From: Patescibacteria group bacterium
GTDB lineage: Bacteria; Patescibacteriota; Patescibacteriia; UBA9934
Assembly: GCA_041659765.1 (NCBI GenBank)
Contig: JBAZXR010000001.1
Span: 467,338 to 531,337 of the forward strand
DNA length: 64,000 nt
Direction of reading: 5' to 3'
Shown: piece after piece, positions 39,086-48,065 of the stretch
How positions within the stretch are numbered: position 1 is the stretch's first letter
How the letters are laid out: every line of letters begins with the position of its first letter
Program-made: the position numbers and the translations under genes
Notes under the pieces: generated by a model
The model's input: only the letters and a program-made list of their open reading frames with translations
Told to the model about the DNA's origin: nothing
Databases searched by the model: none

Positions 39086-39800
39086 ACACAAATATCCACG
39101 GGCGGTTGTTTTTGGCGGATTTGGTGATGATTTCTGGGAGTTCTTTCTTTTTTAAAGCAATGCCGTAAACACGAGGAATATCTGAAACTTTAGTCAGTAG
39201 CCAATAGGCGTCCGAACCGTTCAAAGTTTCCGAAACATCTTTAACGGACAAACTAAAAATCGGGCTCATCCAGGCCGGCGATCCGCTGACAGTCACGTTT
39301 CCCAAGTCGCCGTTCAGCCTAGCCGATGAATCTTCCGAATAGCGCATGGCCGCATCCGTAAACGGGAGACCATCGTTCACGATCCTCGAGCGTAAACCGT
39401 CCAACCGCAGCTTCACGTCGGACTGCAGTTCGATCGACGAAAATACAGCGGCATTCGCGGCCTTGGAAAGCTCGACAACCCCGGCCACGGGATCTTCGCG
39501 GTTTCGTTGGTCAAACGGAGCCTTCGTTTGCTTCAGGATGTTCCGCACTCGAGCTTCGTAAACCGTTTCTTGCAGACCAAGTTCAATCGCCTCGCCTTTC
39601 TTCATCGAAACGTCCTCGTTGCGAGCGACTTGAGCAAACGCAGCCACGCGCGGGTACCAAATAAGTCGACCGCCGACCACGCCAGCCGGTAAAACAAAAT
39701 GCGACAGTGATAGAAACGGACCCGACAACGGATGAAAAACAAAAACAATAAAATTTAGACCCAAATAACCCGCCATGAGGAGACGAACCAATGTCCTCAT
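39081..39800 (-). CDS. Parvulin-type peptidyl-prolyl cis-trans isomerase (PpiC/PrsA-like), membrane-anchored
   Basis: MRYSEDSSARLNGDLGNVTVSGSPAWMSPIFSLSVKDVSETLNGSDAYWLLTKV matches the rotamase consensus (SeD..s...GGDLGw......fe.a.f.l..G.vs.pv.t..G.hii.v). Confidence 0.55.
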   Translation of the reverse strand: MRTLVRLLMAGYLGLNFIVFVFHPLSGPFLSLSHFVLPAGVVGGRLIWYPRVAAFAQVARNEDVSMKKGEAIELGLQETVYEARVRNILKQTKAPFDQRNREDPVAGVVELSKAANAAVFSSIELQSDVKLRLDGLRSRIVNDGLPFTDAAMRYSEDSSARLNGDLGNVTVSGSPAWMSPIFSLSVKDVSETLNGSDAYWLLTKVSDIPRVYGIALKKKELPEIITKSAKNNRPWIFVW

Positions 39801-40210
39801 AGCTTGCTCATGTCCTCAAACTTGGTGCGATCAAAGAAATAATAAAACCAACGAGTAGGATTGTTAACGCCTGCAAGCGAATCCGTTGCGCCGAGCACTT
39901 TTCCGGAGGTCACTGGAATCGCGGATTGGCCAGCGTCAACTACCAACAGAGTTTCGCCAGGCTTGGCAAGTCCCTCTTTAGTTCGCGCCTGTCCTTCGAG
40001 GTAATATTGGCTCGAGAGTTTATCAATGAGATCAAGGAACTCCAGTTTCTTGCCGTCAAGCCTGTAATTCTCCGCTTCGAGCGAGGCAATCTGCGCAGCA
40101 ATTTCGCGTTCGCGCAGGTATTCTCGGCCAAAACCGAACACAAAAATTCCGGCCACAATCATCGTCGCCAAAAGAAAGATACCTTTTTTTCCGCCGCCTC
40201 CCTTGCTCAT
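39797..40210 (-). CDS. Septum formation initiator (FtsB/DivIC family)
   Basis: N-terminal TM then coiled coil EIAAQIASLEAENYRLDGKKLEF. Confidence 0.55.
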   Translation of the reverse strand: MSKGGGGKKGIFLLATMIVAGIFVFGFGREYLREREIAAQIASLEAENYRLDGKKLEFLDLIDKLSSQYYLEGQARTKEGLAKPGETLLVVDAGQSAIPVTSGKVLGATDSLAGVNNPTRWFYYFFDRTKFEDMSKL

Positions 40211-41478
40211 ACGCTCTTATGATACCCCATCTCACCTAATAGCTCACGCGCTACTTTTCTGTCATCCCAAGCAATTTTTTTGCCTCCAGCCACCGCCATG
40301 ACTGGTTCTGAACCTTTGCCCGTCAAAAGCACTACGTCGCCTGCCTCTGCCAAGCTGAAAGCTTTTTTAATCGCTTCTTTGCGGTCGTCGACCAAAAACA
40401 AATCGGTTCCCTCAACCTTCCCCGCTTCTTGTGCACCGCGAGCTACGGCCTCGATAATTTCACGCGGATCCTCGTCGTATGGATCCTCATTGGTCACAAT
40501 AACGACAGCCTCATACTCACCAGCAAGCTTGCCAATAATCGGCCGTCGAGCAATATCTCTCCCTCCCCCAGCTGAACCGTGAACGCCAATCAATCGCGAA
40601 CCTTTCACCGCGTCGAACAGCGCCTCAAGCGCATACGGCTCGTAGGCGTAATCGACAATGACCATAAACGGCTGACCTTGATCGATCTTCTCAAAACGCC
40701 CAGCGAGTGGTCGCAGTAAACTCGCAGCGTCCATCACGCGCTTCAACGGGAAACCAAGGGACTCGACCGTCGCAATTGCCGCGAGTGCGTTCTTCTGTTC
40801 AAACTCGGCTCGCAGTGGCAGCTTGTCGACAGGATGTGCAACGTCACCGACACGAATCAGTTTATCGGCAAAGCTAAACGACACGCGCCTGTCAGCCGGA
40901 AAACTTGCGAAATACGCCGCGTGCTCGTCATCACTATTCACCACGATCGTTTTCGGCACGTCATGCCCCTCTAGTCTCTTCTTTCGTCGAGCGGTCAAAT
41001 GTTCGAACAATTTCCCTTTCGCCTTTCTGTAATTATCAAAACCGCCATGCGCCTCTATGTGCTCTGGGGTGAGGTTCGTAAACACTGCGACATCGTAATT
41101 GATGCCCAAATGTCGAAATTGGTCGAGTCCCTGGCTACTCGTTTCGATAATGGCGTACGAACATTTGGCCTTTACCATCTCGCCCAAAATATTCTGCAAA
41201 TAAAACCGTCCCGGCATGGTCATCTTCATCTTATTCTCAACTTCTTTTCCAGCAATGGAAAACCCCGCCGTCGATGTATAACCAACCGTCTCACCGAGAT
41301 TCGTCAAAATCTGGGCGATGAAATTAACGGTCGAGCTCTTCCCGTTCGTCCCCGTTACACCGATGACGATCAGCTTCTCCGACGGATGCCGATAAACCGC
41401 CTCTGCCGTTTTAGCGAGGACGTAGTGGTAGGCTTGAAGCGCTGGTCGAGGAATCATTTTCTTGAGCTGGTGCAGCAT
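40207..41478 (-). CDS. murE: Mur ligase family protein, MurE-like (short N-terminal domain)
   Basis: P-loop VIGVTGTNGKSST, MTMPGRF (TTPe-like), ETSSQGL, FTNLTPEHIEAHG, KAKGKLF; adjacent to murD. P-loop only 40 aa from the N-terminus, so the MurE vs MurF/MurT assignment is tentative. Confidence 0.55.
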   Translation of the reverse strand: MLHQLKKMIPRPALQAYHYVLAKTAEAVYRHPSEKLIVIGVTGTNGKSSTVNFIAQILTNLGETVGYTSTAGFSIAGKEVENKMKMTMPGRFYLQNILGEMVKAKCSYAIIETSSQGLDQFRHLGINYDVAVFTNLTPEHIEAHGGFDNYRKAKGKLFEHLTARRKKRLEGHDVPKTIVVNSDDEHAAYFASFPADRRVSFSFADKLIRVGDVAHPVDKLPLRAEFEQKNALAAIATVESLGFPLKRVMDAASLLRPLAGRFEKIDQGQPFMVIVDYAYEPYALEALFDAVKGSRLIGVHGSAGGGRDIARRPIIGKLAGEYEAVVIVTNEDPYDEDPREIIEAVARGAQEAGKVEGTDLFLVDDRKEAIKKAFSLAEAGDVVLLTGKGSEPVMAVAGGKKIAWDDRKVARELLGEMGYHKSV

Positions 41479-41522
41479 AGATCGTTTCGAAGTTCCTCCG
41501 ACTTTCTATTTTCTACTTCTAA

Positions 41523-42980
41523 CTACAGATTTCTTACCTCTTCTCTGAACTGCTCGCCGCGATCGAATTCGTTCTTGAAAATATTAAAGCTAGCTGCGCC
41601 TGGAGACAGAAGAACGATGTCGCCGGTTTCCGCAAGTTTACGAGATTTCTGAACCGCCTCTTTCATATTGGCTGCGTGCTCGATCGGTACTTTGCCGAGT
41701 AGCCCCTTCTCGATGATATCTGAAGCATCGCCAGGGAACAGAACGACAGCCTTACAGCCCTTAGCAGCCTCAGCGATCATTTCTTCGTACGGCAATTTCT
41801 TATCTACACCGCCAGCAATGAGAATAGCTTTCTTGTCCTTGCCATAAACTTTTAGCGCAGCAACAACCGCAGTTGGCGCGGTGGCCGCCGTGTCATTGAT
41901 GTACATAATCTCGTCGACCTCACGGACGAGCTCCTGACGGTCAGGAACCCCCTTGAACTCCTTGAGGACTTTCGCCACACCTTCGACCGTAACCCCGCGC
42001 AACATAGCGGCACAAGCAGCCGAGAGAACATTTTCTAGGTTGTGTTCGCCCTGAAGTGCGACGTCTTTATAGGCACAGATGGGAGTTTCGACGCCGTCTT
42101 TACGGAAAATAACAGCCTCGCCCTTCAAGAAACAGCCGTTAGCTTTTCCGTCATCAGTCTTCGAGAACCAGTACAGTTTGCCCTTTACGCGTGGTTCCAT
42201 CGAACGCACTAAATCGTGATCGCGATTTAACACAGTGTACTGCTCGGGAGTTTGGTACTCGAAAATAATCTCCTTGGACTTTTGATAGTCTTCGAAAGAC
42301 GCGTAACGGTTCAAGTGATCCGGAAAGACGTTTGTGAGCACCGCGATGTCTGGGCCTTTCTTCATCTCGGCGAAGGCTCCCGGCAAACTCTCTAGCAACC
42401 ATGATGAAAGCTCGAGCACGACTGGTCGCTTAATGTCAGAGACAAGTAGATCATCCAGAAACTCGAGTGGCGATACCTTCACGTTACCCGCAATAATCGT
42501 CTCAGGATCCATGGTCTTCACCATCTCGCCCAAGAGCAACGTGGTGGTAGTCTTCCCCTTCGTGCCGGTAACCGCGATGATCTCATGCGGGTAGTAGCGG
42601 AAGAACAAGCTCACGTCGGATTCAATGTGAATGTTTTGTGCTTTGGCTTGCTGCACAAATTCGCTCTCACTAGGAACTCCAGGATTCTGCACGACACAGT
42701 CGACGCCGGTGAAATCTTCCTTTCTGTGCTCGCCCAAAATAAAGAGCGGCTGATAAATGGTGCGATCTGGGTAGAGTTCCTTGTATTTATTAAACCATTC
42801 CATGACCAGGTCCACGGACTCCTTCAGCTCCTTCTCGTCCTTCAAGTCCGTGATAACCGTCTGCGCCTCATGACGCATCAGCCACTTAGCGGTCCCAAGC
42901 CCGCTGCCCTGCTTGTATCGACCCAACCCCATAACCGTTACAATTGCGTCCTTGAAACTAGCGATTTTGCTCAGATCCAT
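41523..42980 (-). CDS. murD: UDP-N-acetylmuramoylalanine--D-glutamate ligase
   Basis: VMGLGRYKQGSG Rossmann, QNPGVP, P-loop IAVTGTKGKTTTT, AGNVKVSP (GNIG equivalent). Confidence 0.8.
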   Translation of the reverse strand: MDLSKIASFKDAIVTVMGLGRYKQGSGLGTAKWLMRHEAQTVITDLKDEKELKESVDLVMEWFNKYKELYPDRTIYQPLFILGEHRKEDFTGVDCVVQNPGVPSESEFVQQAKAQNIHIESDVSLFFRYYPHEIIAVTGTKGKTTTTLLLGEMVKTMDPETIIAGNVKVSPLEFLDDLLVSDIKRPVVLELSSWLLESLPGAFAEMKKGPDIAVLTNVFPDHLNRYASFEDYQKSKEIIFEYQTPEQYTVLNRDHDLVRSMEPRVKGKLYWFSKTDDGKANGCFLKGEAVIFRKDGVETPICAYKDVALQGEHNLENVLSAACAAMLRGVTVEGVAKVLKEFKGVPDRQELVREVDEIMYINDTAATAPTAVVAALKVYGKDKKAILIAGGVDKKLPYEEMIAEAAKGCKAVVLFPGDASDIIEKGLLGKVPIEHAANMKEAVQKSRKLAETGDIVLLSPGAASFNIFKNEFDRGEQFREEVRNL

Positions 42981-42992
42981 AATGCGGACATT

Positions 42993-45509
42993 CTACATGA
43001 TGCCTCTTGATTCAGGAATAACTAGGTGTTTAAGACTTTCAAAGAGGCCGAGCTTCACCAGAAGCACAAGGAAAAGCCCGACGAACCCGATAACTGGCAA
43101 AAGCGACAAGCCAAAAATATCGCGCAGGCTAGGAATGGCCAAAACTAGACCGACTGAGATTAAACTAGCCAGAACAGCCGGTAGAAATGCTCGGTTACGT
43201 TCAGTAGCACGCGTAAACGCATAGCCTCGCAAGTGACGAATCACGAACACGGCAATTACGCCGTCCAAACAGAGCGACAGGAAGAGAACGGTCCGAACAA
43301 CTTCAACCGGCATCTGCCAGCCAGACAAGACTGCCTCCATCACGAGGAGCGAAATAACTGAGACGGCGCCGATCGCGCCCATGAGGGCCAGTAAATTAGA
43401 ATTGATAACCGCCTCATCTTTCTTTCTCGCGCCAGCTCGCATGATACCCGGCTCGGCTGACTCAAAGGCCAGAGCCATAGCCGGGAACCCATCAGTCACC
43501 ACGTTTATGAAGAGCAGGTGGATGGGTAGGAACGGCACCGGAATGTTAGCTACAAGCGCAAAGACAATCACGGCCACCTCGCTCAAACTGAAGGTCATGA
43601 GATAGGCTACAACTTTACGCACGTTGTCATACAACACCCGTCCTTCGCGAATAGCGGAGAGCAGAGTGGCGATGTTGTCATCAAGCAAGACCATATCAGC
43701 CGCTTCCTTGGCCACGTCTGTGCCGCTACCCATCGCTACCCCGATATCTGCTGTCTTCAGCGCCGGCGCGTCATTCACGCCATCACCAGTCATCGCTACG
43801 ACATGGCCAGCCTGCTGGAAGATCTTCACAATACGCACCTTATCTTCAGGCAGAACTCGGGCAAAGACGCGAATCGAGTTAATTCGTTTTAACAACTGTC
43901 GATCGTCGAGCGTCGCCAGCTCGGCATGCGACACCACAGCCCCGGCGTGGATGGAGAGACCGAGGGCGGCAGCGATTCCGCGCGCCGTATCTTCATGATC
44001 GCCCGTCACCATGACCGTACGCACGCCAGCGAGCAAAGCGTTGGCTACCACATGTTTAGCCTCAACCCGCAAAGGGTCGCGTAAACTCAGAAAGCCAAGC
44101 GGTTCGAGATCCTGGACTGCTTCGACATTTAGCTTTTCGCCATGCCAAGATTTTTTAGCCAGCAACAAAACGCGCAAACCCTTTGACATGAGTTCTTTGT
44201 GCGTGGTCTTCAACTTCTCGAGTGCGTCAGGGTAAAGATCGAGGTGTTCGAACAAAATATCCGGAGCGCCCATCACACAAAGCGTTTCTTCGTTATTTGC
44301 TTTAGAAACTACGGCCGAGAATTTTCGTTTTGAATCAAAGGGCAACTCGTGAATCACCTCGGCGGCTTGTACGTCGATGTTCCGTTCAATGAGATACGCC
44401 TGGCCAGCCTTTTCGAGCGGTGACGAGTGGCCGTCTTCCAGTTTCAAAAGCGCCGACAGCACATTCAGCGACTCGTCGTCCCCATCAAACAACTCAACCT
44501 TCATTTCGCCGGTCGTCAGCGTGCCCGTTTTATCCATGCACATCACGGTCACAGCGCCAAGTGTTTCCGCGGCTACCATGCGACGCATCAGCGCTCCGCG
44601 TTTGGCCATACGGCGCATCGCGGCCACGAAGATGACCGTTAGCGCTACGGTTAAACCCTCCGGTACAGCGGCCACAGCCAGCGCCGCGGCGAGCGTCAGC
44701 ATAGAAACCATCGGTTCGCCCCGAGCAATCCCCAGAATAAATACAGCTACCGCAATTAGTGCAATAAAAATGGTTATCCGTCGCGAAAATCGCTTCAGCT
44801 CGCCGGTCAACGGCGTGTCCATCTTGGCTGCACCGAAAACAAGTTGAGCAATTTTTCCAAACGCCGTCTGTTCGCCCACCGCCACCACGACCACCTGTGC
44901 CTTACCAGCCACCACGACCGTTCCAGCAAACATCATGCAGGTCTGTTCAACGATCGACGCTTCTGATTTGACGTGGTGACTGGATTTCTCGACCGGTTCA
45001 GACTCCCCCGTTAAAGGCGCCTCGTTTGTTAAACAATTACTCGCTGACAGCACCCGCGCATCCGCCACAATTTTGTCGCCGCTCGTTAAGTGCATGATAT
45101 CGCCTGGCACCACGTCTTCTGCGGCGACGGTCATGAGAACACCCGATCGACGAACGACAGCCGTTCTCGGCAACAGTTGTGCGAGTGCAAAGAGCGCCCG
45201 GTCTGCACGGTACTCCTGAAAGAAACCGAGCGTAACATTAAACAACACAATAAAAATAATAAGCACCGCGTCCTGCCACTCGCTTGAGAACGCGCTCAAC
45301 GCCACCGCAACAGCCAGAATGAGCATGAACGGGCTCACAAACTGGTTCATCAAAATCTTAAACGCGCTTGTCGCCCGCGGTTTCTTAAGCCTCGGCAACT
45401 CCGCCAGCCGTTTCTTCGCCTCAGCTTCCGACAACCCTTCGCGCCCCGAACCAAGCGACGCCAAAACCTCCCCCGCCCCCAAATGATGCCAAATCAACCC
45501 CTCAGTCAT
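42993..45509 (-). CDS. P-type cation-transporting ATPase (type II, Ca2+/Mg2+-like)
   Basis: TGES, CMDKTGTLT phosphorylation site, TGDGVNDAPAL hinge, 10 TM helices. Confidence 0.9.
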   Translation of the reverse strand: MTEGLIWHHLGAGEVLASLGSGREGLSEAEAKKRLAELPRLKKPRATSAFKILMNQFVSPFMLILAVAVALSAFSSEWQDAVLIIFIVLFNVTLGFFQEYRADRALFALAQLLPRTAVVRRSGVLMTVAAEDVVPGDIMHLTSGDKIVADARVLSASNCLTNEAPLTGESEPVEKSSHHVKSEASIVEQTCMMFAGTVVVAGKAQVVVVAVGEQTAFGKIAQLVFGAAKMDTPLTGELKRFSRRITIFIALIAVAVFILGIARGEPMVSMLTLAAALAVAAVPEGLTVALTVIFVAAMRRMAKRGALMRRMVAAETLGAVTVMCMDKTGTLTTGEMKVELFDGDDESLNVLSALLKLEDGHSSPLEKAGQAYLIERNIDVQAAEVIHELPFDSKRKFSAVVSKANNEETLCVMGAPDILFEHLDLYPDALEKLKTTHKELMSKGLRVLLLAKKSWHGEKLNVEAVQDLEPLGFLSLRDPLRVEAKHVVANALLAGVRTVMVTGDHEDTARGIAAALGLSIHAGAVVSHAELATLDDRQLLKRINSIRVFARVLPEDKVRIVKIFQQAGHVVAMTGDGVNDAPALKTADIGVAMGSGTDVAKEAADMVLLDDNIATLLSAIREGRVLYDNVRKVVAYLMTFSLSEVAVIVFALVANIPVPFLPIHLLFINVVTDGFPAMALAFESAEPGIMRAGARKKDEAVINSNLLALMGAIGAVSVISLLVMEAVLSGWQMPVEVVRTVLFLSLCLDGVIAVFVIRHLRGYAFTRATERNRAFLPAVLASLISVGLVLAIPSLRDIFGLSLLPVIGFVGLFLVLLVKLGLFESLKHLVIPESRGIM

Positions 45510-45576
45510 ATTGGGATCATTTTATCACCTAATTGCCTCCTGCGGGCAAATGGCATAGGCTTATCCGGGAGGTTTC

Positions 45577-45927
45577 ATGAGCCATCGCCAATTGGTTCGG
45601 ACCGCGTCACGGAGACTGGTTCACAATTTCATTTGGCATCATCTCAAAAATACGCCCTGCGAAGAGGGTCGAAAAGTTGAGATCCCGTCCATCTCGGCCT
45701 TTGACCATGCGTTCATGGTCTACTGGAACGCGATAGAACAGCGGCACAAGCAAACGTGCAAACCCTGTAAAGAAATACAGGCCTGTTTCTTTGGCGATAC
45801 GATCCAGAAACTGCGGCCAGATCCCGTCACCGGAGTATCCGTTTACTTCCACGAATATCTCCTCGCCAACGGCCAGTTCGACCTCGTCACCGGCCACGGC
45901 ACGGTTCTCCTCGAAGCCCTGCGTTGA
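45577..45927 (+). CDS. Possible hypothetical protein (116 aa); coding strand ambiguous
   Basis: GGGAGGtttcATG, the same SD style as the GC-rich island genes; the overlapping minus ORF 45607..45897 (GTG start after AGGAGA) is an equally long alternative. Confidence 0.3.
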   Translation: MSHRQLVRTASRRLVHNFIWHHLKNTPCEEGRKVEIPSISAFDHAFMVYWNAIEQRHKQTCKPCKEIQACFFGDTIQKLRPDPVTGVSVYFHEYLLANGQFDLVTGHGTVLLEALR

Positions 45928-45988
45928 AAGACGTGGGGCTATTCTTTTCTCGGCAAAAAGAAAATCCCCGATTTCTCGGAGATGTTCT

Positions 45989-46063
45989 TGGTGCGCCGGG
46001 TGGGGATCGAACCCACGACCATAGGCTTAAAAGGCCTGTGCTCTACCACTGAGCTACCAGCGC
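45989..46063 (-). tRNA. tRNA-Lys (anticodon TTT), CCA encoded
   Basis: rc: GCGCTGG TA GCTCAGTGGTAGAGC A CAGGC CTTTTAA GCCTA TGGTC GTGGG TTCGATC CCCAC CCGGCGC A CCA. Confidence 0.85.
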
Positions 46064-46129
46064 ATAGCTTGTAACGGCGGGAATCGTACACGAAAATCCC
46101 CTATTTGGCAACTACGCAATCATGCAGGG

Positions 46130-46158
46130 ATTGCGGATTATCTCGTAATCTGCTATCA
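46130..46158 (+). promoter_or_regulatory. Promoter TTGCGG-N17-TATCAT for ORF 46187
   Basis: ttgcggattatctcgtaatctgctatcat. Confidence 0.45.
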
Positions 46159-46186
46159 TTATCCGTTCCTTTCACGGAGGTGACTC

Positions 46187-46726
46187 TTGGCAAAAGTGTT
46201 GTTCATTCCGAGTTGCGAAGTGGCGGCCATCGACACCCTCGAGGGCACGGAGACGGAAATCCGCTTGAAAGCGGGGCTCGAAGAGTGGAAAAAGGGAGCG
46301 TTCGACGTCATCGCCGTGGCTGGCGGGGTGTACCTACCGCCGGAGCTGCAGACGCGACCGTCGGGAACCCTCATGAAGGAGTGGCTCCTCACGCGCGGAC
46401 TCACGGAGCACCAGGTGGTGGCCGAGACGAACTCTCGGGACACGTACGAGAACATCTCCGGCGTGGTCTCTGCACTCTGGGGACGGCCGATCGAACGAAT
46501 CGCCGTCATCACGCAGTGGCAGCACGCGTTGCGGTTCTGGGTGACCTTCCGACGCGCCCACGGCGTGAAGGCGGAGATCATCCCGTTGTGGTACTCCCCC
46601 GGGCTGAGTCGGTTCCTCAAAGAGTGGCTGTTCCTGCTCATTCACGTGTTCGATGCCACAGGAACAAGTCCGCTCGTCATGAAGAACAAACAGAACTGCA
46701 CGTTCCCCAAGCCGGCGACCAGCTGA
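46187..46726 (+). CDS. DUF218 / YdcF-like (SanA-like) domain protein, TTG start, GC3-rich
   Basis: AVAGGVYLPP...TNSRDTYENI pattern of the DUF218 family; GGAGGTgactcTTG. Confidence 0.55.
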   Translation: MAKVLFIPSCEVAAIDTLEGTETEIRLKAGLEEWKKGAFDVIAVAGGVYLPPELQTRPSGTLMKEWLLTRGLTEHQVVAETNSRDTYENISGVVSALWGRPIERIAVITQWQHALRFWVTFRRAHGVKAEIIPLWYSPGLSRFLKEWLFLLIHVFDATGTSPLVMKNKQNCTFPKPATS

Positions 46727-46745
46727 CAGGAACATCTCGCGACAA

Positions 46746-46773
46746 CCCCGCACCAAGTGCGGGGTATTTTTTT
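46746..46773 (+). terminator. Intrinsic terminator ccccgcac-caag-tgcgggg + tattttttt
   Basis: Perfect 7-8 bp GC stem, T7; near-identical to the terminator at 48037. Confidence 0.75.
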
Positions 46774-46800
46774 GACAAAACACCTCTTTTTTGCTAATAT
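46772..46800 (+). promoter_or_regulatory. Consensus sigma70 promoter TTGACA-N17-TAATAT
   Basis: ttgacaaaacacctcttttttgctaatat; the -35 overlaps the T-run of the upstream terminator. Confidence 0.6.
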
Positions 46801-47012
46801 TTCTGGTCGATTCTCCTTTCAATGTAGAGGAGTTCGATCACCTTTAGGGAATAATAATCCCAATGTGGATTTTATTTCTGAGTGGCAGACTTCTCAAGGG
46901 AATGTCTACAGACCTGGGTACGGAGGCAAAAAAAACGCTCGCAGCCGGAAACGGTAGCGAGCCACGTCGTTCACGAACGACGTAGCGGGTCAACCCAAGT
47001 TCGGAGAGTTTC
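46801..47012 (+). ncRNA. Long structured 5' leader (~205 nt) upstream of ORF 47013: candidate cis-regulatory RNA / riboswitch of unknown class
   Basis: Successive hairpins: tcgattctcct..aggagttcga; aatcc-caatgt-ggatt; agac..gtct; gcaaaaaaaacgctcgc-agccggaaacggta-gcgagc; perfect cgtcgtt-cacg-aacgacg; ends with GGAGagtttcATG. Confidence 0.4.
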
Positions 47013-47435
47013 ATGGGCAAGCAAGTCATCATCCGGCGTCGCGGAACCGCGGCCTACGAGAGGGCGGTCGGTGTGTACGTGCAAGAAGGACAAGTGTTCG
47101 GCGACACCAAGTACATCGACCCGCAGGCAGAAATATTAAAAGCCACTGGCAGGCTCCTCGATCGGGGCATGTGCATCCTGGACTTTGCGAGCGGCATCAA
47201 GGCGTCAGGCTGCGTGGTCTGGATCGACGAACGGCGAAAGGGCCGTCTCTACTCGTTCAAGGCGTTCATTGACTACTCCCCAACCGGCTTTTACTCGGAC
47301 TACTACATGTTCGGACTGCTGTGGGGACGAGGTCAATGGAACCTCCTTAAGGACGGTTTCGCCCGCGACGTACCGCTCCGCGATCAGACCTACACATTGG
47401 GGACGCTCGTGGACGCTGGCATCATCCGCGTGTGA
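47013..47435 (+). CDS. Hypothetical protein (140 aa, GC3-rich)
   Basis: MGKQVIIRRRGTAAYERAVGVYVQEGQVFGDTKYIDPQAEIL...; no recognised motif. Confidence 0.5.
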   Translation: MGKQVIIRRRGTAAYERAVGVYVQEGQVFGDTKYIDPQAEILKATGRLLDRGMCILDFASGIKASGCVVWIDERRKGRLYSFKAFIDYSPTGFYSDYYMFGLLWGRGQWNLLKDGFARDVPLRDQTYTLGTLVDAGIIRV

Positions 47436-47447
47436 CAACTCGAACAT

Positions 47448-47482
47448 CCCGATCGGACATCCGGTCGGGACTTTACTTTCTT
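47448..47482 (+). terminator. Intrinsic terminator cccgatcgg-acat-ccggtcggg + actttactttctt
   Basis: 9-bp stem with one mismatch, T-rich tail; the -35 (tttact) of the next promoter lies within the tail. Confidence 0.5.
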
Positions 47483-47524
47483 ACCACATTTTGCTATCGT
47501 TCTCTGTTCCTTCATGGAGGTTAC

Positions 47525-48016
47525 ATGCCAGATGTTTTGCCATTCACTCAGAATCGCGCACGAAGGTTGATCGTTCCCGATACAAGGTCGAGCGAATGCA
47601 TCGCCCTGCCTCCACCGACCCACTCGAGTCCCCCAGAAGAGAGGAAGATCGCTTACCGTACGTCCGAAACGATGCGTCTGCAGATCCTCCGGGATCACAA
47701 GTTCGTGGAAGACGTTCAGGCCTTGCTCACCGGCGAACGGTGGCTTCTCGAGCCAACGTCAACCGCTATCTTCAACCACCATCACAAGTACCAGATCGAT
47801 GCCAAACCACAACGACAGTCGTGGCGAAAACGTGGTGACATGAAGTCGAGCGATGCGGGGCGTTACTGTGTGGGTTGCCGGTGGCAAGTAGCGGATCATC
47901 TGGCTCCCCATCTGCTTGCTATCGTTCCCTCCATCTCCCGCAAGCGAGCCGAGGCGTTCATCAACCACGGCCACACGATCGTTGAGCGACGGGGCCAATA
48001 CTCAACTCGCCGCTAA
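47525..48016 (+). CDS. Hypothetical His/Cys-rich protein (163 aa, GC3-rich)
   Basis: Start at MPDVLPFTQNRARRL with GGAGGttacATG; the leader tgctatcgttctctgttccttcatggaggttac is about 80% identical to the leader of ORF 46187. Confidence 0.5.
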   Translation: MPDVLPFTQNRARRLIVPDTRSSECIALPPPTHSSPPEERKIAYRTSETMRLQILRDHKFVEDVQALLTGERWLLEPTSTAIFNHHHKYQIDAKPQRQSWRKRGDMKSSDAGRYCVGCRWQVADHLAPHLLAIVPSISRKRAEAFINHGHTIVERRGQYSTRR

Positions 48017-48036
48017 AACCATCAGTTCCCGTCAGG

Positions 48037-48065
48037 CCCTGCACCACGTGCGGGGTTCTTTTTTT
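48037..48065. terminator. Intrinsic terminator ccctgcac-cacg-tgcgggg + ttcttttttt (sequence-related to 46746 terminator)
   Basis: Overlaps the stop codon (48064) of the convergent minus-strand gene. Confidence 0.7.

Noticed and set aside
46105-46822. Alternative-frame ORFs 46105..46797 (+) and 46159..46641 / 46334..46822 (-) overlapping the DUF218 gene
   Set aside because: Low-complexity Arg/Gly/Pro-rich translations typical of off-frame readings of GC-rich DNA. The DUF218 frame has family motifs and an SD.
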